Source: Gemmatimonadaceae bacterium
Lineage (GTDB): Bacteria > Gemmatimonadota > Gemmatimonadetes > Gemmatimonadales > Gemmatimonadaceae
Length of the DNA: 64,000 nt
Direction: 5' to 3'
Assembly (NCBI GenBank): GCA_051859245.1
Contig: JBHYGA010000009.1
Coordinates: 1 to 64,000 of the forward strand
In this document: piece by piece, positions 47,898 through 60,468 of the stretch
How the letters are laid out: each line of letters starts with the position of its first letter
Numbering within the stretch: the first letter of the stretch is position 1
The notes under the pieces: generated by a model
Database searches by the model: none
The model's input: only the letters and a program-made list of their open reading frames with translations
What the model was told of the DNA's origin: nothing
Program-made: the position numbers and the translations under genes

Positions 47898-49748
47898 ATG
47901 CAAGATCGTCGAGCGTTGCAGCACGGTTTTGTGGCGGTCATGCGCTCTGGCGCCTCCAGAGCATCTGGTTTGTCGGTTGACACCGATGTTCATCATGTGT
48001 TTACGAGTGAGACGGGGTGCACCGTCAGTTTTGCGTGCGCACTCCAGCCTGCGCGTTCAGCGGTTTACGAGATTGGTGCGCTGCGCGTGTTTGTGGAGGG
48101 CGACATCGGCGTGCACCGGCTTGTTGAAAGCCTCGAAACACGACCGCAGAAGGATGTGCCTGACGCGGATCAACTGCTCCGTCTGGCACGCGAGGTGGGT
48201 CAGGCTGCCATCTGCGTTTTCGACTCGCAGAGTCTGCAATGCACCATCGCTCCCGGGCACCTAGGCGGCGTCCCGGTCTTCTATCACCTCGATAATACTG
48301 GGTGCGTGGCGACCACGGTTTCTAGGTGGGCCGCGCCCCAGAATGCCCAGGCTGACCTTGCAGGAGTCGTGGGCTTTCTTCGCGACGCGCAGCTTACCGG
48401 AACGCGTACCATGACGATGGGCGTGAAGCAGTTAGTCGCCGGTCAGCGACTGGTGCTTCACGGACGGGACTGCACTGCGCAGGTTGAACGAGACTCGAAC
48501 ATGTGGTGGTCACGGCCCGCACAGATCAAAAGCAGAGATCTCAGAGATAGGGAAGAGGAACTCTGGCAAGCAATGACCTCGACGGTTTCCGAGGGAGTAT
48601 CAAGCTCTGGAAACGTTGGCATCCTAATGTCCGGCGGTTGGGACTCGAGAACGGTACTGGGCGCAGTGGCTGACACGGTTCGTGCCGAGCGAGCCATCGC
48701 TTTGTGTCACGGTGACCTCGACAGCGCCGAGTTGGCGATCGCGAGAAATCTTTCGGCAGCCGTTGGGGCGCAGTTCATCGCCCGCGAGATAGCACTATCT
48801 GACTATCACTCTCTTGGTGAGCTCTACGCGAGTGTAGGAACGTCCATCTTTCCCTACTGGCGAACGGCGTCGGAGATTCTGGCTCAGCACGGCGCGGATG
48901 TAAGCACTAGTGGAGTCTACGGTGAAATTTTAGGAGGCCGTCTCAGTCCGAAGTTTTTCCTGAGAAACGGTGTCACGCGACTTGACGAAGTGCGAAGTTT
49001 ATTTGCGCTTTTTCCGGCTGCGCTGCTCGAGGGGCCACTCCATCGCCCTAACTTTACCCTCGCGCACGTGCCTCTTCCATGGGTGTTGCGCGCAGAGCTT
49101 CGCTCGGAAATGGAAATGGTCAAGGAGTCGTTAAACGCCGACACCAACGGGCTGCTCGATCACATTGAGTCGTACGACACGTCCGGACTGAATGCCGTTG
49201 AGGTATTCGTATCCCTCACGCGGCGTGGCGGGTACACGAACGGTCAGGCAAGAACTCTGCGATCGGCACTGCCCACCTTCGATGTTGTTTCCCCAGAGCG
49301 AACGCTTCGGTTGATTAACGCGATACCCTTTCATTCAAGACACAACAACTCACTGAACAGACGACTTCTTCAAAGACACCAACCTGCCCTGCTCAGGGAG
49401 AGAGTCGCGGCAAGCCTTTTGCCCGCTCGCTACCCAATTCACATGCAGCAGAGTGCGCGACTGGTTCGCAAAGTGGCCGGCAATGTCGCAGCAGCAGTTG
49501 CCAGGCGAACGAATCGTGATGTCCCGAAAACTTTGCGGACCGGATGGGTAAACTTTGGGTTTCTCCACCGGTCCGGATTGCTATCGCAGATTGTGGAATC
49601 ACTGCGATCCGACATTTGGGACCGAGATGCAATGAGAACGGTCGTCACGCGCAGTGATGCGCAAGCTGTTCCCGGCAACCTTCACTCATTGGCTGACATG
49701 TTGCTGAAGGTTTACGACGTAGACCAGTGGATCAGCCGAGCGGAATGA
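47898..49748 (+). CDS. Asparagine-synthetase-related amide ligase
   Basis: PP-loop LMSGGWDSR, G..PVFY, GVKQL.AG and G..GE motifs; no N-terminal catalytic Cys. Confidence 0.75.
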   Translation: MQDRRALQHGFVAVMRSGASRASGLSVDTDVHHVFTSETGCTVSFACALQPARSAVYEIGALRVFVEGDIGVHRLVESLETRPQKDVPDADQLLRLAREVGQAAICVFDSQSLQCTIAPGHLGGVPVFYHLDNTGCVATTVSRWAAPQNAQADLAGVVGFLRDAQLTGTRTMTMGVKQLVAGQRLVLHGRDCTAQVERDSNMWWSRPAQIKSRDLRDREEELWQAMTSTVSEGVSSSGNVGILMSGGWDSRTVLGAVADTVRAERAIALCHGDLDSAELAIARNLSAAVGAQFIAREIALSDYHSLGELYASVGTSIFPYWRTASEILAQHGADVSTSGVYGEILGGRLSPKFFLRNGVTRLDEVRSLFALFPAALLEGPLHRPNFTLAHVPLPWVLRAELRSEMEMVKESLNADTNGLLDHIESYDTSGLNAVEVFVSLTRRGGYTNGQARTLRSALPTFDVVSPERTLRLINAIPFHSRHNNSLNRRLLQRHQPALLRERVAASLLPARYPIHMQQSARLVRKVAGNVAAAVARRTNRDVPKTLRTGWVNFGFLHRSGLLSQIVESLRSDIWDRDAMRTVVTRSDAQAVPGNLHSLADMLLKVYDVDQWISRAE

Positions 49749-50994
49749 AGTAGCGTAGCTTGCCGGAGGGCGAAAGTGGAATGTCATCGACCACTTGTAC
49801 ATCCACGCTGATCTGGTCATCGAGCGCCTCGCGAAGCCCCCGGGCGACCTGATTGGTATTCACAGCTGCGCCTGAACGCACAATCATTCGTACCACCAGG
49901 TCTGTCGCTGAGGTTTGCTCACCCTGAAAGCGCAGCACTTCAGTTGGCATGTTGTACGCGAGTATTGCGTCGTAAACAAGCTTGCCTGTTGGGAGTACGA
50001 TCCAACTGTCTACACGCCCGAGCATGTCTGAAAGGACGGGGAGGGTCCGCCCGCACCGGCACGGCGAAGCAGGTTGGTGAAGTATCCCGCGATCACCCAA
50101 CAGCAGCCGGTCAAACGTGAACGCCGAAGGAAACAGATCCGTAACCGCCAGTGCTGCGGGCGAATCGCAAACTGGTCGGCCGGCTTCGTCGAGAGACTCG
50201 ATTATGGCCGCCCCTGGCATCGTATGCATAGAGCCCGCGGTACACTCAAATGCGAGCAGGCCAACCTCCGTGCACCCGTATTCATTGACAATCGGTGCAC
50301 CGAAAAAATCGCCAAGTTGGGCTCTCGCTACGTCCGTAAGCATCTCGCCCGTCATTACCACGGCCTTGAGATTAAGCGCTCTGCCGTCGAGTCCGTGGTC
50401 GACGCAGTGTTGCACGAATGCTGATGTAAGACTTGGGTAGCCATAGATCCATGTAGCGCCAAATGACCTAAGTTTCCCGAAGTACTTTAGGGATTCCTCT
50501 GCGGACACGTTGAAGGCGTTATACCGAGATCGCGATAAAACCCAGTCGCTAACCTTTTTCCGCAACCGTGCCCGGCCCTGGAACGGACGCCCCCAGAGCA
50601 CGCCGTGCCTGTCGCCCGGAGTGATGTCGTACCAGGAATACGCGGCCCACATGACGGCATCCATCCGCCGCAACATTTCTTTGGATCGAGGAAACCGAAA
50701 CGGCATACCTGAAGAACCGCTTGTTTTACGCAGTACATTGCCGCTAACGCGATCGCCCAGAGCCTCAATTGCTACTCTTGCCACAGGTTTTGAGGTTGGC
50801 GTCCAGAGAGATTGGCGGTCTGAACGCACACCAAACCGCGCCATTTCGCGTAATCGTCCCGCTACGTAGCTTTCGCGGTCGCCGGTATGGGCATCAAGCA
50901 ACTCGCGAGCCTCCTTAACGAGCTGCGGCGTCAATCCTTCAGACACCCGAGCCGCCAGATAATAGACTGACCGTGCAGTGAAGTGGCGAATCAT
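49732..50994 (-). CDS. CapK/PaaK-like adenylate-forming (CoA ligase-like) enzyme
   Basis: KTSGSSG.P, GYPS, TGE, NEYGCTE, GD, C.CGR, GR.D and SGK motifs; start placed at ATG 50994. Confidence 0.85.
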   Translation of the reverse strand: MIRHFTARSVYYLAARVSEGLTPQLVKEARELLDAHTGDRESYVAGRLREMARFGVRSDRQSLWTPTSKPVARVAIEALGDRVSGNVLRKTSGSSGMPFRFPRSKEMLRRMDAVMWAAYSWYDITPGDRHGVLWGRPFQGRARLRKKVSDWVLSRSRYNAFNVSAEESLKYFGKLRSFGATWIYGYPSLTSAFVQHCVDHGLDGRALNLKAVVMTGEMLTDVARAQLGDFFGAPIVNEYGCTEVGLLAFECTAGSMHTMPGAAIIESLDEAGRPVCDSPAALAVTDLFPSAFTFDRLLLGDRGILHQPASPCRCGRTLPVLSDMLGRVDSWIVLPTGKLVYDAILAYNMPTEVLRFQGEQTSATDLVVRMIVRSGAAVNTNQVARGLREALDDQISVDVQVVDDIPLSPSGKLRYFIPLG

Positions 50995-51165
50995 GTTGCA
51001 AGAAAGAATGAACGGCGCGACTGCGCCACCTCGAACGATTGCGACCTCTGCGTTCCGACTGCTTGTGAGATTACCTTCGCGAACATTGTTTGCTCCGGCA
51101 GTCGAAAGCAAATGTTCCGATCTGCCCGCCGGGGCCTGGATGTACGACTAATCGCGTAGGGAAAG

Positions 51166-52356
51166 ATGGAACACGCACCGCTGCCACTTTACGCGCTCTT
51201 TTCACGACGTCGTCCCGTTGACCGTGCCATTACTCGTCTCATGTGGAGACGGATGAGCACGCTTAAACTTAAGTCTGGTTTTGTTGTAGGCAGCGTCGTT
51301 TGGCCTGCCATTGCGGCCTACCGAGCCTTTCGCCTCACCCGGCACCGTAATCGCGCATTCCGGGGCGAGCTACAACGACACCCCCTCCTGCAGTGGTTCG
51401 ATCAACTGCGTTTGGCGGCGTTCTACGGCAAACCGCCACATATCTACTATCGCTACCGCTTGTACGAGCGATCGCGTATGCGAGAGGCGCTGGATTTCGT
51501 CACGCCACAGGAGTTCCGAGGCGTAGTGGATGCCACCTGTGATGAGGCAACCCTAGAGTTGTTTCGTGATAAGGCAAAGTTCGAGGCTGCCTGCTCCGCC
51601 AGAGGCCTGCCTGCGGTTGGCACACTGCGTGTGATTCGCGGACAGTCAATGGTGGTTCGCGACGGCACTGAAAACGGCACGCTACCGCTGCGCAACCTAT
51701 TTGTGAAACCTCTGGACGGCATTGGAGGCAGGGGCGCTCAGGCGTGGGTTTTCGAGAACGCACAGTTTCGCAATCTTCTCACCGGTGAGACCCGATCGCC
51801 CGAGCAACTACTTGTGGAACTGCGCTCAGCGTCCCGTGATCAGCCGTACATCGTTCAGCCACTACTGCGAAACGCTGCGGCGATTCGCAGTTCACTCGGC
51901 GACACGGCCTTGGCGACCGTTCGCGTTTTCACTATCAGTGTGGCCAAAGGCGGCGCTGAAGCCGCCTATGCGATGTTCAAGATCCCCGCACAGAACTCCG
52001 TCGTCGATAACATCGGCTCAGGAGGAATCGGCTGCTCGGTGGATTTGAAGACGGGCAGACTGGAAGAGGGATTTTCTCGAGAAAAGTTGGGCGTCGTGAC
52101 CGTCGACCCCGCGACCGGCGTTCCACTTAAAAAAGTTGTTTTGCCTCACTGGCTCGAAGTTGTTCGATTGGCTGTGGAAGCGCACAACTCACTCGGGAAG
52201 CTCGCGTTTGCTGGCTGGGACATTGGCATCCTGGACGAGGGAGCGATGCTTGTAGAAGGCAACACCTTTCCGTCTGTTGAAGCCATTCAGCAAGCATTTG
52301 GGCCGCTGGTCTCCAACGATCTATTTCTCAGTGTTTTCCGGGAACAATCTCTGTGA
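51166..52356 (+). CDS. Sugar-transfer-associated ATP-grasp protein (divergent from the other three)
   Basis: DK, FVKP..G.GG.G, VQ..L.N, TVRV.T, DN...GG, P.TG, GWD and VEGN motifs. Confidence 0.85.
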   Translation: MEHAPLPLYALFSRRRPVDRAITRLMWRRMSTLKLKSGFVVGSVVWPAIAAYRAFRLTRHRNRAFRGELQRHPLLQWFDQLRLAAFYGKPPHIYYRYRLYERSRMREALDFVTPQEFRGVVDATCDEATLELFRDKAKFEAACSARGLPAVGTLRVIRGQSMVVRDGTENGTLPLRNLFVKPLDGIGGRGAQAWVFENAQFRNLLTGETRSPEQLLVELRSASRDQPYIVQPLLRNAAAIRSSLGDTALATVRVFTISVAKGGAEAAYAMFKIPAQNSVVDNIGSGGIGCSVDLKTGRLEEGFSREKLGVVTVDPATGVPLKKVVLPHWLEVVRLAVEAHNSLGKLAFAGWDIGILDEGAMLVEGNTFPSVEAIQQAFGPLVSNDLFLSVFREQSL

Positions 52357-52375
52357 GCGTAGCCCTCGAGCGCGC

Positions 52376-54196
52376 TTACGGCCAGCCTGGATTCTTGTCA
52401 TAAGCCTTGAAGTCGTCGATGTAGAATACCGTCTCCTCACTGTAACCGGAGTTGGCCCAACCCATCAAGTAGCCATTTCTCAAATAGTTATTGCCATCGG
52501 ACGTCCACATCGCCCACTTCTGCGTGCGCCACTTGAGGGTGTTGCCAAACCACGCCTCGTACACACCATCAAGGCTCGTGGGCCCGCTCGAACGACGAAA
52601 GTGAATGCGAACCCGTTGCCAGGTTCCACGCATTGACGGGGTCAGGAATTCACGACTCATGAAAGCGTCTTTACGGATTCCTCCTGCGGAGTTTCCGTCG
52701 ATCTTTGCGAGCACCCTCGCTAGATTTGCCGTGTCGTTAATACGTTCGAATTCAGTCCCTACGAGCAGATTTGCACCAACGTTCGATTCGGCGAACAGCA
52801 TAATGAACTTGTTGTTCGCAGGCAGATCTTTACGGACGAAGAAGTTTGTTGGCACAAATAAGTAGTATTCGAGCCAGAGCTCATGCACGTTCCTGCCCAG
52901 ATCAAAGCGCTGCTCCGAGGTTGCATCTTTCCCGACAGGCGTTGCTTTGTACGTAAAGCGCATTGCATGCGATCCACTGTATCCACGGTCGTTGTGAACG
53001 CGGGTATCGTGCCCGCCTGCCCAATGGAACCCATTCGCGTCGCGCAGTTTCCCTGACTCAAAGTCATCGCTGAAGAAGGGCGCGGCACCAGTGCCGCCAG
53101 TCGGTGGCGGTGTCGTGGGTGGCGGTGTCGTGGGTGGCGGTGTCGTGGGTGGCGGTGTCGTGGGCGGCGGCGTCGTGGTCGGCGGCGTCGTGGTCGGCGG
53201 CGTCGTGGTCGGCGGCGTCGTGGTCGGCGGCGTGGTCGGCGGCGGCGTCTCGGGGTTCGAAACCACCGTTGTCACATTCACGAATGCCGTATCGCGCAAG
53301 ACCCCACCCACGTGTTCAAGAATCACCCGGTAGGCGCCAGGCGTTTGTGGGGCGGTGAATACACCAAGAGGAGATACAACACCGCTCGAGGCAGTGTATG
53401 CAACTGGAGGCAGGGCTGTGGTGCCAGTGCTCCACGTTGCTTGCGCACTGAAGGTGCGAGTCTCGCCCGGAGCTACCGTGACGGTTTTCGGGCTGATCTT
53501 TAGCGATGTGAGTTGGGCGGGCGCCGAGCCCACCGATGCGTACGCTGTGTCAGCGAGTCCACACGCGCAGCTCGCAATGATCATGAAGGTGCCTGAGACC
53601 TGGCCAGCAGAATAGAATCCCATTTCAGATACGTCCCCACCAGTTGTCTGATACTCAACTTCAATCGGTCGATCAACAAAGTCTGACCACGTTACCGAGG
53701 TGGTGTACTGACGTACCCCACCCAGTGGCAACGGAACTCCGTACCGGGGTGAGATAGTAAGCGCTGTGACCCGAGGCGAGGAAGAAACCGGATCAACCAC
53801 GATCACAGTGGCATTTGTGGACTCGCCCGCGAACGTCCCCGTCACCTCAGCCGTACCTGCCGATCGCGCCCTGATCTGACCGGTTGACGTAACCTCTGCG
53901 ACCTCAGAATCGCTGCTCGAATATCGGACAAATCGCTGGTACTGGCGACTCGTTACCTCAAACTGCGCCGTCCACCCCACTTCCAAACGGTATGTGAAGG
54001 CGCCGGCACTTGCGGTCACGGTGTTCGAGCCAACTCGCGATGTGCGCGAGGCTGACGCTTCAATGGAGGGCAGCGACACGGCTGACTCAGCAAGGTTCGG
54101 AGCGAGCTCCGCCGGCGGAAGCGGTAAATCAGAGGCGCACGCTAGCGTAAGCAGTAGGGGAGCGAGCAGCGAGCCGCGCAAGACGAACTGATTCAT
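52376..54196 (-). CDS. Lipoprotein with Ig-like (Big_2-type) domains, Pro/Thr linker and C-terminal beta-sandwich (polysaccharide-lyase/ConA-like) domain
   Basis: Lipobox LTLA-C; SSSDSEVAEV...G and LTISP/LKISP repeats; PT tandem linker; FSDDFESG...W.EY.L..P.NF...K...W......YIDD. Confidence 0.7.
   Translation of the reverse strand: MNQFVLRGSLLAPLLLTLACASDLPLPPAELAPNLAESAVSLPSIEASASRTSRVGSNTVTASAGAFTYRLEVGWTAQFEVTSRQYQRFVRYSSSDSEVAEVTSTGQIRARSAGTAEVTGTFAGESTNATVIVVDPVSSSPRVTALTISPRYGVPLPLGGVRQYTTSVTWSDFVDRPIEVEYQTTGGDVSEMGFYSAGQVSGTFMIIASCACGLADTAYASVGSAPAQLTSLKISPKTVTVAPGETRTFSAQATWSTGTTALPPVAYTASSGVVSPLGVFTAPQTPGAYRVILEHVGGVLRDTAFVNVTTVVSNPETPPPTTPPTTTPPTTTPPTTTPPTTTPPPTTPPPTTPPPTTPPPTTPPPTGGTGAAPFFSDDFESGKLRDANGFHWAGGHDTRVHNDRGYSGSHAMRFTYKATPVGKDATSEQRFDLGRNVHELWLEYYLFVPTNFFVRKDLPANNKFIMLFAESNVGANLLVGTEFERINDTANLARVLAKIDGNSAGGIRKDAFMSREFLTPSMRGTWQRVRIHFRRSSGPTSLDGVYEAWFGNTLKWRTQKWAMWTSDGNNYLRNGYLMGWANSGYSEETVFYIDDFKAYDKNPGWP
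53103..53249. repeat. 15-bp coding tandem repeat (Pro/Thr linker)
   Basis: (GGTGGCGGTGTCGTG)x4, one hybrid unit, (GTCGGCGGCGTCGTG)x3, then degenerate units; encodes TTPPP/TTTPP. Confidence 0.95.
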
Positions 54197-54430
54197 GAGA
54201 GGGAAAGACCTGGAGACTACGAGCGATAACCAAGGCGAGCATCAATTCACCTCACGGCGCCGAAAGGTGTGGCTCATTCTGAAACAGAGACGGCATCAGC
54301 AGCGGGAGAGTAACCGTTCCACTGTGCCGAGAATGTGACGGTCGTCGCCCTCAGCGATCAAATCTGTCAGAAATTGCTACTTTTGATCAGGATGTGACGC
54401 ATCCTTCCGAGCGAGTGATACTTGGCCCAG

Positions 54431-54952
54431 TTAACGGTCGGCCGAGACCAGCAGCACGTCGTCAGAGTTTTCAGCGCGACGGCGACTTTCCCCCCGACTT
54501 GGCGAGACATCCAGGTCACGCGCGGCTCGCCAGAGGCCAAGGCCGAGTGACAGCGCAGCGAGCGACGAAAGCAGGCCCTTCAGGATTGCCACGTACGTGT
54601 TGTTCCTCAGCGAACCGCGCACACTCGACTGCGCCATCTGCTGCACGTCCTGACCATCCAGAAAGAACAGCGCGATCGTGGGGAGCAGCGCCATCCCAAC
54701 CAACATCGCGATCGCCGCCACCGCCTTGAGGATGCCGGTTTCTTCCGTCGCCCATGCCACCAGTCCGGCAATCAGCAACCCCAACAGCACCAGCGTGATG
54801 GAGTTGATGATCGCGAGCTCCGTCTGGAAGCGCCACTGGGCAAGGTGCAGCTGCAGCGGCCACATGCGAACGGCCAGTTCGAGCGCGGGAGAAACGATAA
54901 GCGCCAGCGACAATGGATACAGCAGGCGCAGATTGCTTGGCGAAGCCAACAT
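54431..54952 (-). CDS. Hypothetical 4-TM membrane protein
   Basis: 173-aa ORF with four hydrophobic segments and coding-like codon usage; no family recognised. Confidence 0.7.
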   Translation of the reverse strand: MLASPSNLRLLYPLSLALIVSPALELAVRMWPLQLHLAQWRFQTELAIINSITLVLLGLLIAGLVAWATEETGILKAVAAIAMLVGMALLPTIALFFLDGQDVQQMAQSSVRGSLRNNTYVAILKGLLSSLAALSLGLGLWRAARDLDVSPSRGESRRRAENSDDVLLVSADR

Positions 54953-55060
54953 GGGGAGGATACGAGTGGAAGGGTGTGAAATCAGCTCAAAACATCTACG
55001 CGCACAAACTCACGCTATCTCTCAAGCTGCAATCGCGCAAATACCGCGCCAGCGGAACTC

Positions 55061-55707
55061 CTATTGACTGCCGCTCATGAGACGCACCCAGGCTTCGCTG
55101 GCCCGTTGGACCCGGACAAAAGCGCGCCGGGTTGCCTCCACGCCCAGGCCGTACGGATCCGGAATGATGCGACGCGGTATCTCCGAGCTCTGACCGGCGC
55201 TGACGGCCTGCTCGCTGCCGGCGCGGAATACATCGCCGACCAGAAACACCTGCTCGCCTGCCACATGCGGCGCCGCACGGGCCATTGCCGCGTTGTGGAG
55301 ATCCATACAGATCAGCACATCGTGCGCACGCACAGCCAGTCCGCGCAGCGGCGTAGACCGATGATGTGTCAGATCTACGCCGAACTCAGCCGCAACTGTC
55401 ACGGCATCAGCGTCCGCCTCTGACCCGAGACTCGCATGCGTGCCCGAGCTCAGTATCTCGCGGCGAAAGTTGGGGTGCATTGACCTGATGTAGGCTTCAG
55501 CAAACGCGCTGCGCATGATGTTGCCGTGGCAAATGAAGACGACCCGTGCTTCCGGGTGCGCTACGGCCGCCCGCACACGTGAGCGAAGCACGTTGGCCGA
55601 TTCGAGGTTCACCCGGAGCACCTCAAGCAGCTCACGGAGCGACAACGACCCGACGAGTCGCCGGACCCGACCAATCCGTTTGCGCGCATCGTGAGCGAGT
55701 GAGGGTG

Positions 55708-55711
<4 letters not shown>
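55061..55711 (-). CDS. Low-molecular-weight protein tyrosine phosphatase (Wzb-like)
   Basis: P-loop [15 protein letters not shown]...H.S, ICMD and IPDPY motifs. Confidence 0.85.
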
Positions 55712-59333
<3,622 letters not shown>

Positions 59334-59337
<4 letters not shown>

Positions 59338-60323
59338 CTCCACCCCAAGGCAGACATTTCGTGGAGCGTTTTCTTCACACCTTCTGCAGGCAGCGTTGGC
59401 TGGTGGTGATAGCCTGCGTCGCGCACTTTGCTCATGTCGGCCTGCGTGAAGTTCTGATATTGCGTGGCCAGCGATTCGGGCATGGGTACGAACTCGATAT
59501 TGGGTGTCTCACCGCGAGCGGCAAAGTACGCCTGAATCATTTCAAGGAACGTGGAGGCCACACCAGTTCCCGCGTTGTAAATGCTGCTCGGCGCACGGTG
59601 TTCGGCAACCCAGCGCATCTCGTTAATCACGTCGCCCACCCAGACGAAATCGCGACGCTGTTCGCCGTCAGCGAAATCGGCGTGATTGCTGCGGAACAGC
59701 TGCACGCGCTTGAGGGACGCCATATCACGTTCGGCCTTCCAGATAATGCTGGCCATGCGGCCTTTGTGGGCCTCACGCGCACCGTACACGTTGAAGAACT
59801 TGAACCCCGCCCAGTGAGGAGGCGTTGAAGCCCCTGATGCGACCTGGTCAAGTACCCACGCGTCAAAGTCGTTCTTGCTTTTGCCGTACAGGTTGAGCGG
59901 CGTGAGTTGATCCGGCGTGGTGCGATCGCTGAAGCCCTGCGCACCATCACCATAGGTAGCGGCGCTGGACGCGTAGTAGAACGGAATGCTGTGCTCAGCA
60001 CACCACCGCCAGAGCTGTTGCGACGCACCAATGTTCACGTGCAGCAGGTGATCCCAGTCGCGAGTGGTGGTGTCGGAGTTTGCGCCGAGGTGCCAGACGG
60101 CTTGCACTGTTGACGGTTTGATTGCACCGAGCACCGGCAATGGTTCGCCGGCCACAAACACCTCGGCCGCATTCATCAGCGGGTGTGCGTCGAGTCCGCT
60201 CAGGTTGCTCGCTTTCTGTTCGTCTGCCGGAAAGTCCACCAGCGCGAGCGCGTCACCGCGCGAGTTCAACTCATGTGCAAGATGAGCCCCGATAAAGCCG
60301 GCGGCGCCGGTAATAAGCTGCAT
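59334..60323 (-). CDS. hldD: ADP-L-glycero-D-manno-heptose 6-epimerase
   Basis: [40 protein letters not shown] and RDFVWV motifs. Confidence 0.9.
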
Positions 60324-60468
60324 AGAGTGTTCCGCGGGGTGGAGCAATTCGTGAGGCCGACGTGGCGCGGGACCCGTTCGCACCACTTCGTATATTAAGT
60401 GGTGGGCCTGCTTCTCGGCTGCGCCCCTCAAGACAGTGCCTGTCTGTATTCATCGTCCAACGCTCCGC

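Noticed and set aside
53103..53249. Tandem repeat considered as a CRISPR array
   Set aside because: Contiguous 15-bp units without spacers, in frame in a CDS, and no cas genes
60333..60385. CGCGGGGTGGAGCA matches the first 14 nt of bacterial initiator tRNA-Met, next to methionine genes
   Set aside because: No cloverleaf, anticodon arm or T-loop follows; on the other strand it is simply the C-rich leader of hldD; probably chance (tRNAscan-SE or ARAGORN would confirm)
60324..60468. Expected SAM or cobalamin riboswitch upstream of metH/yitJ
   Set aside because: No S-box core or B12-box consensus seen on either strand
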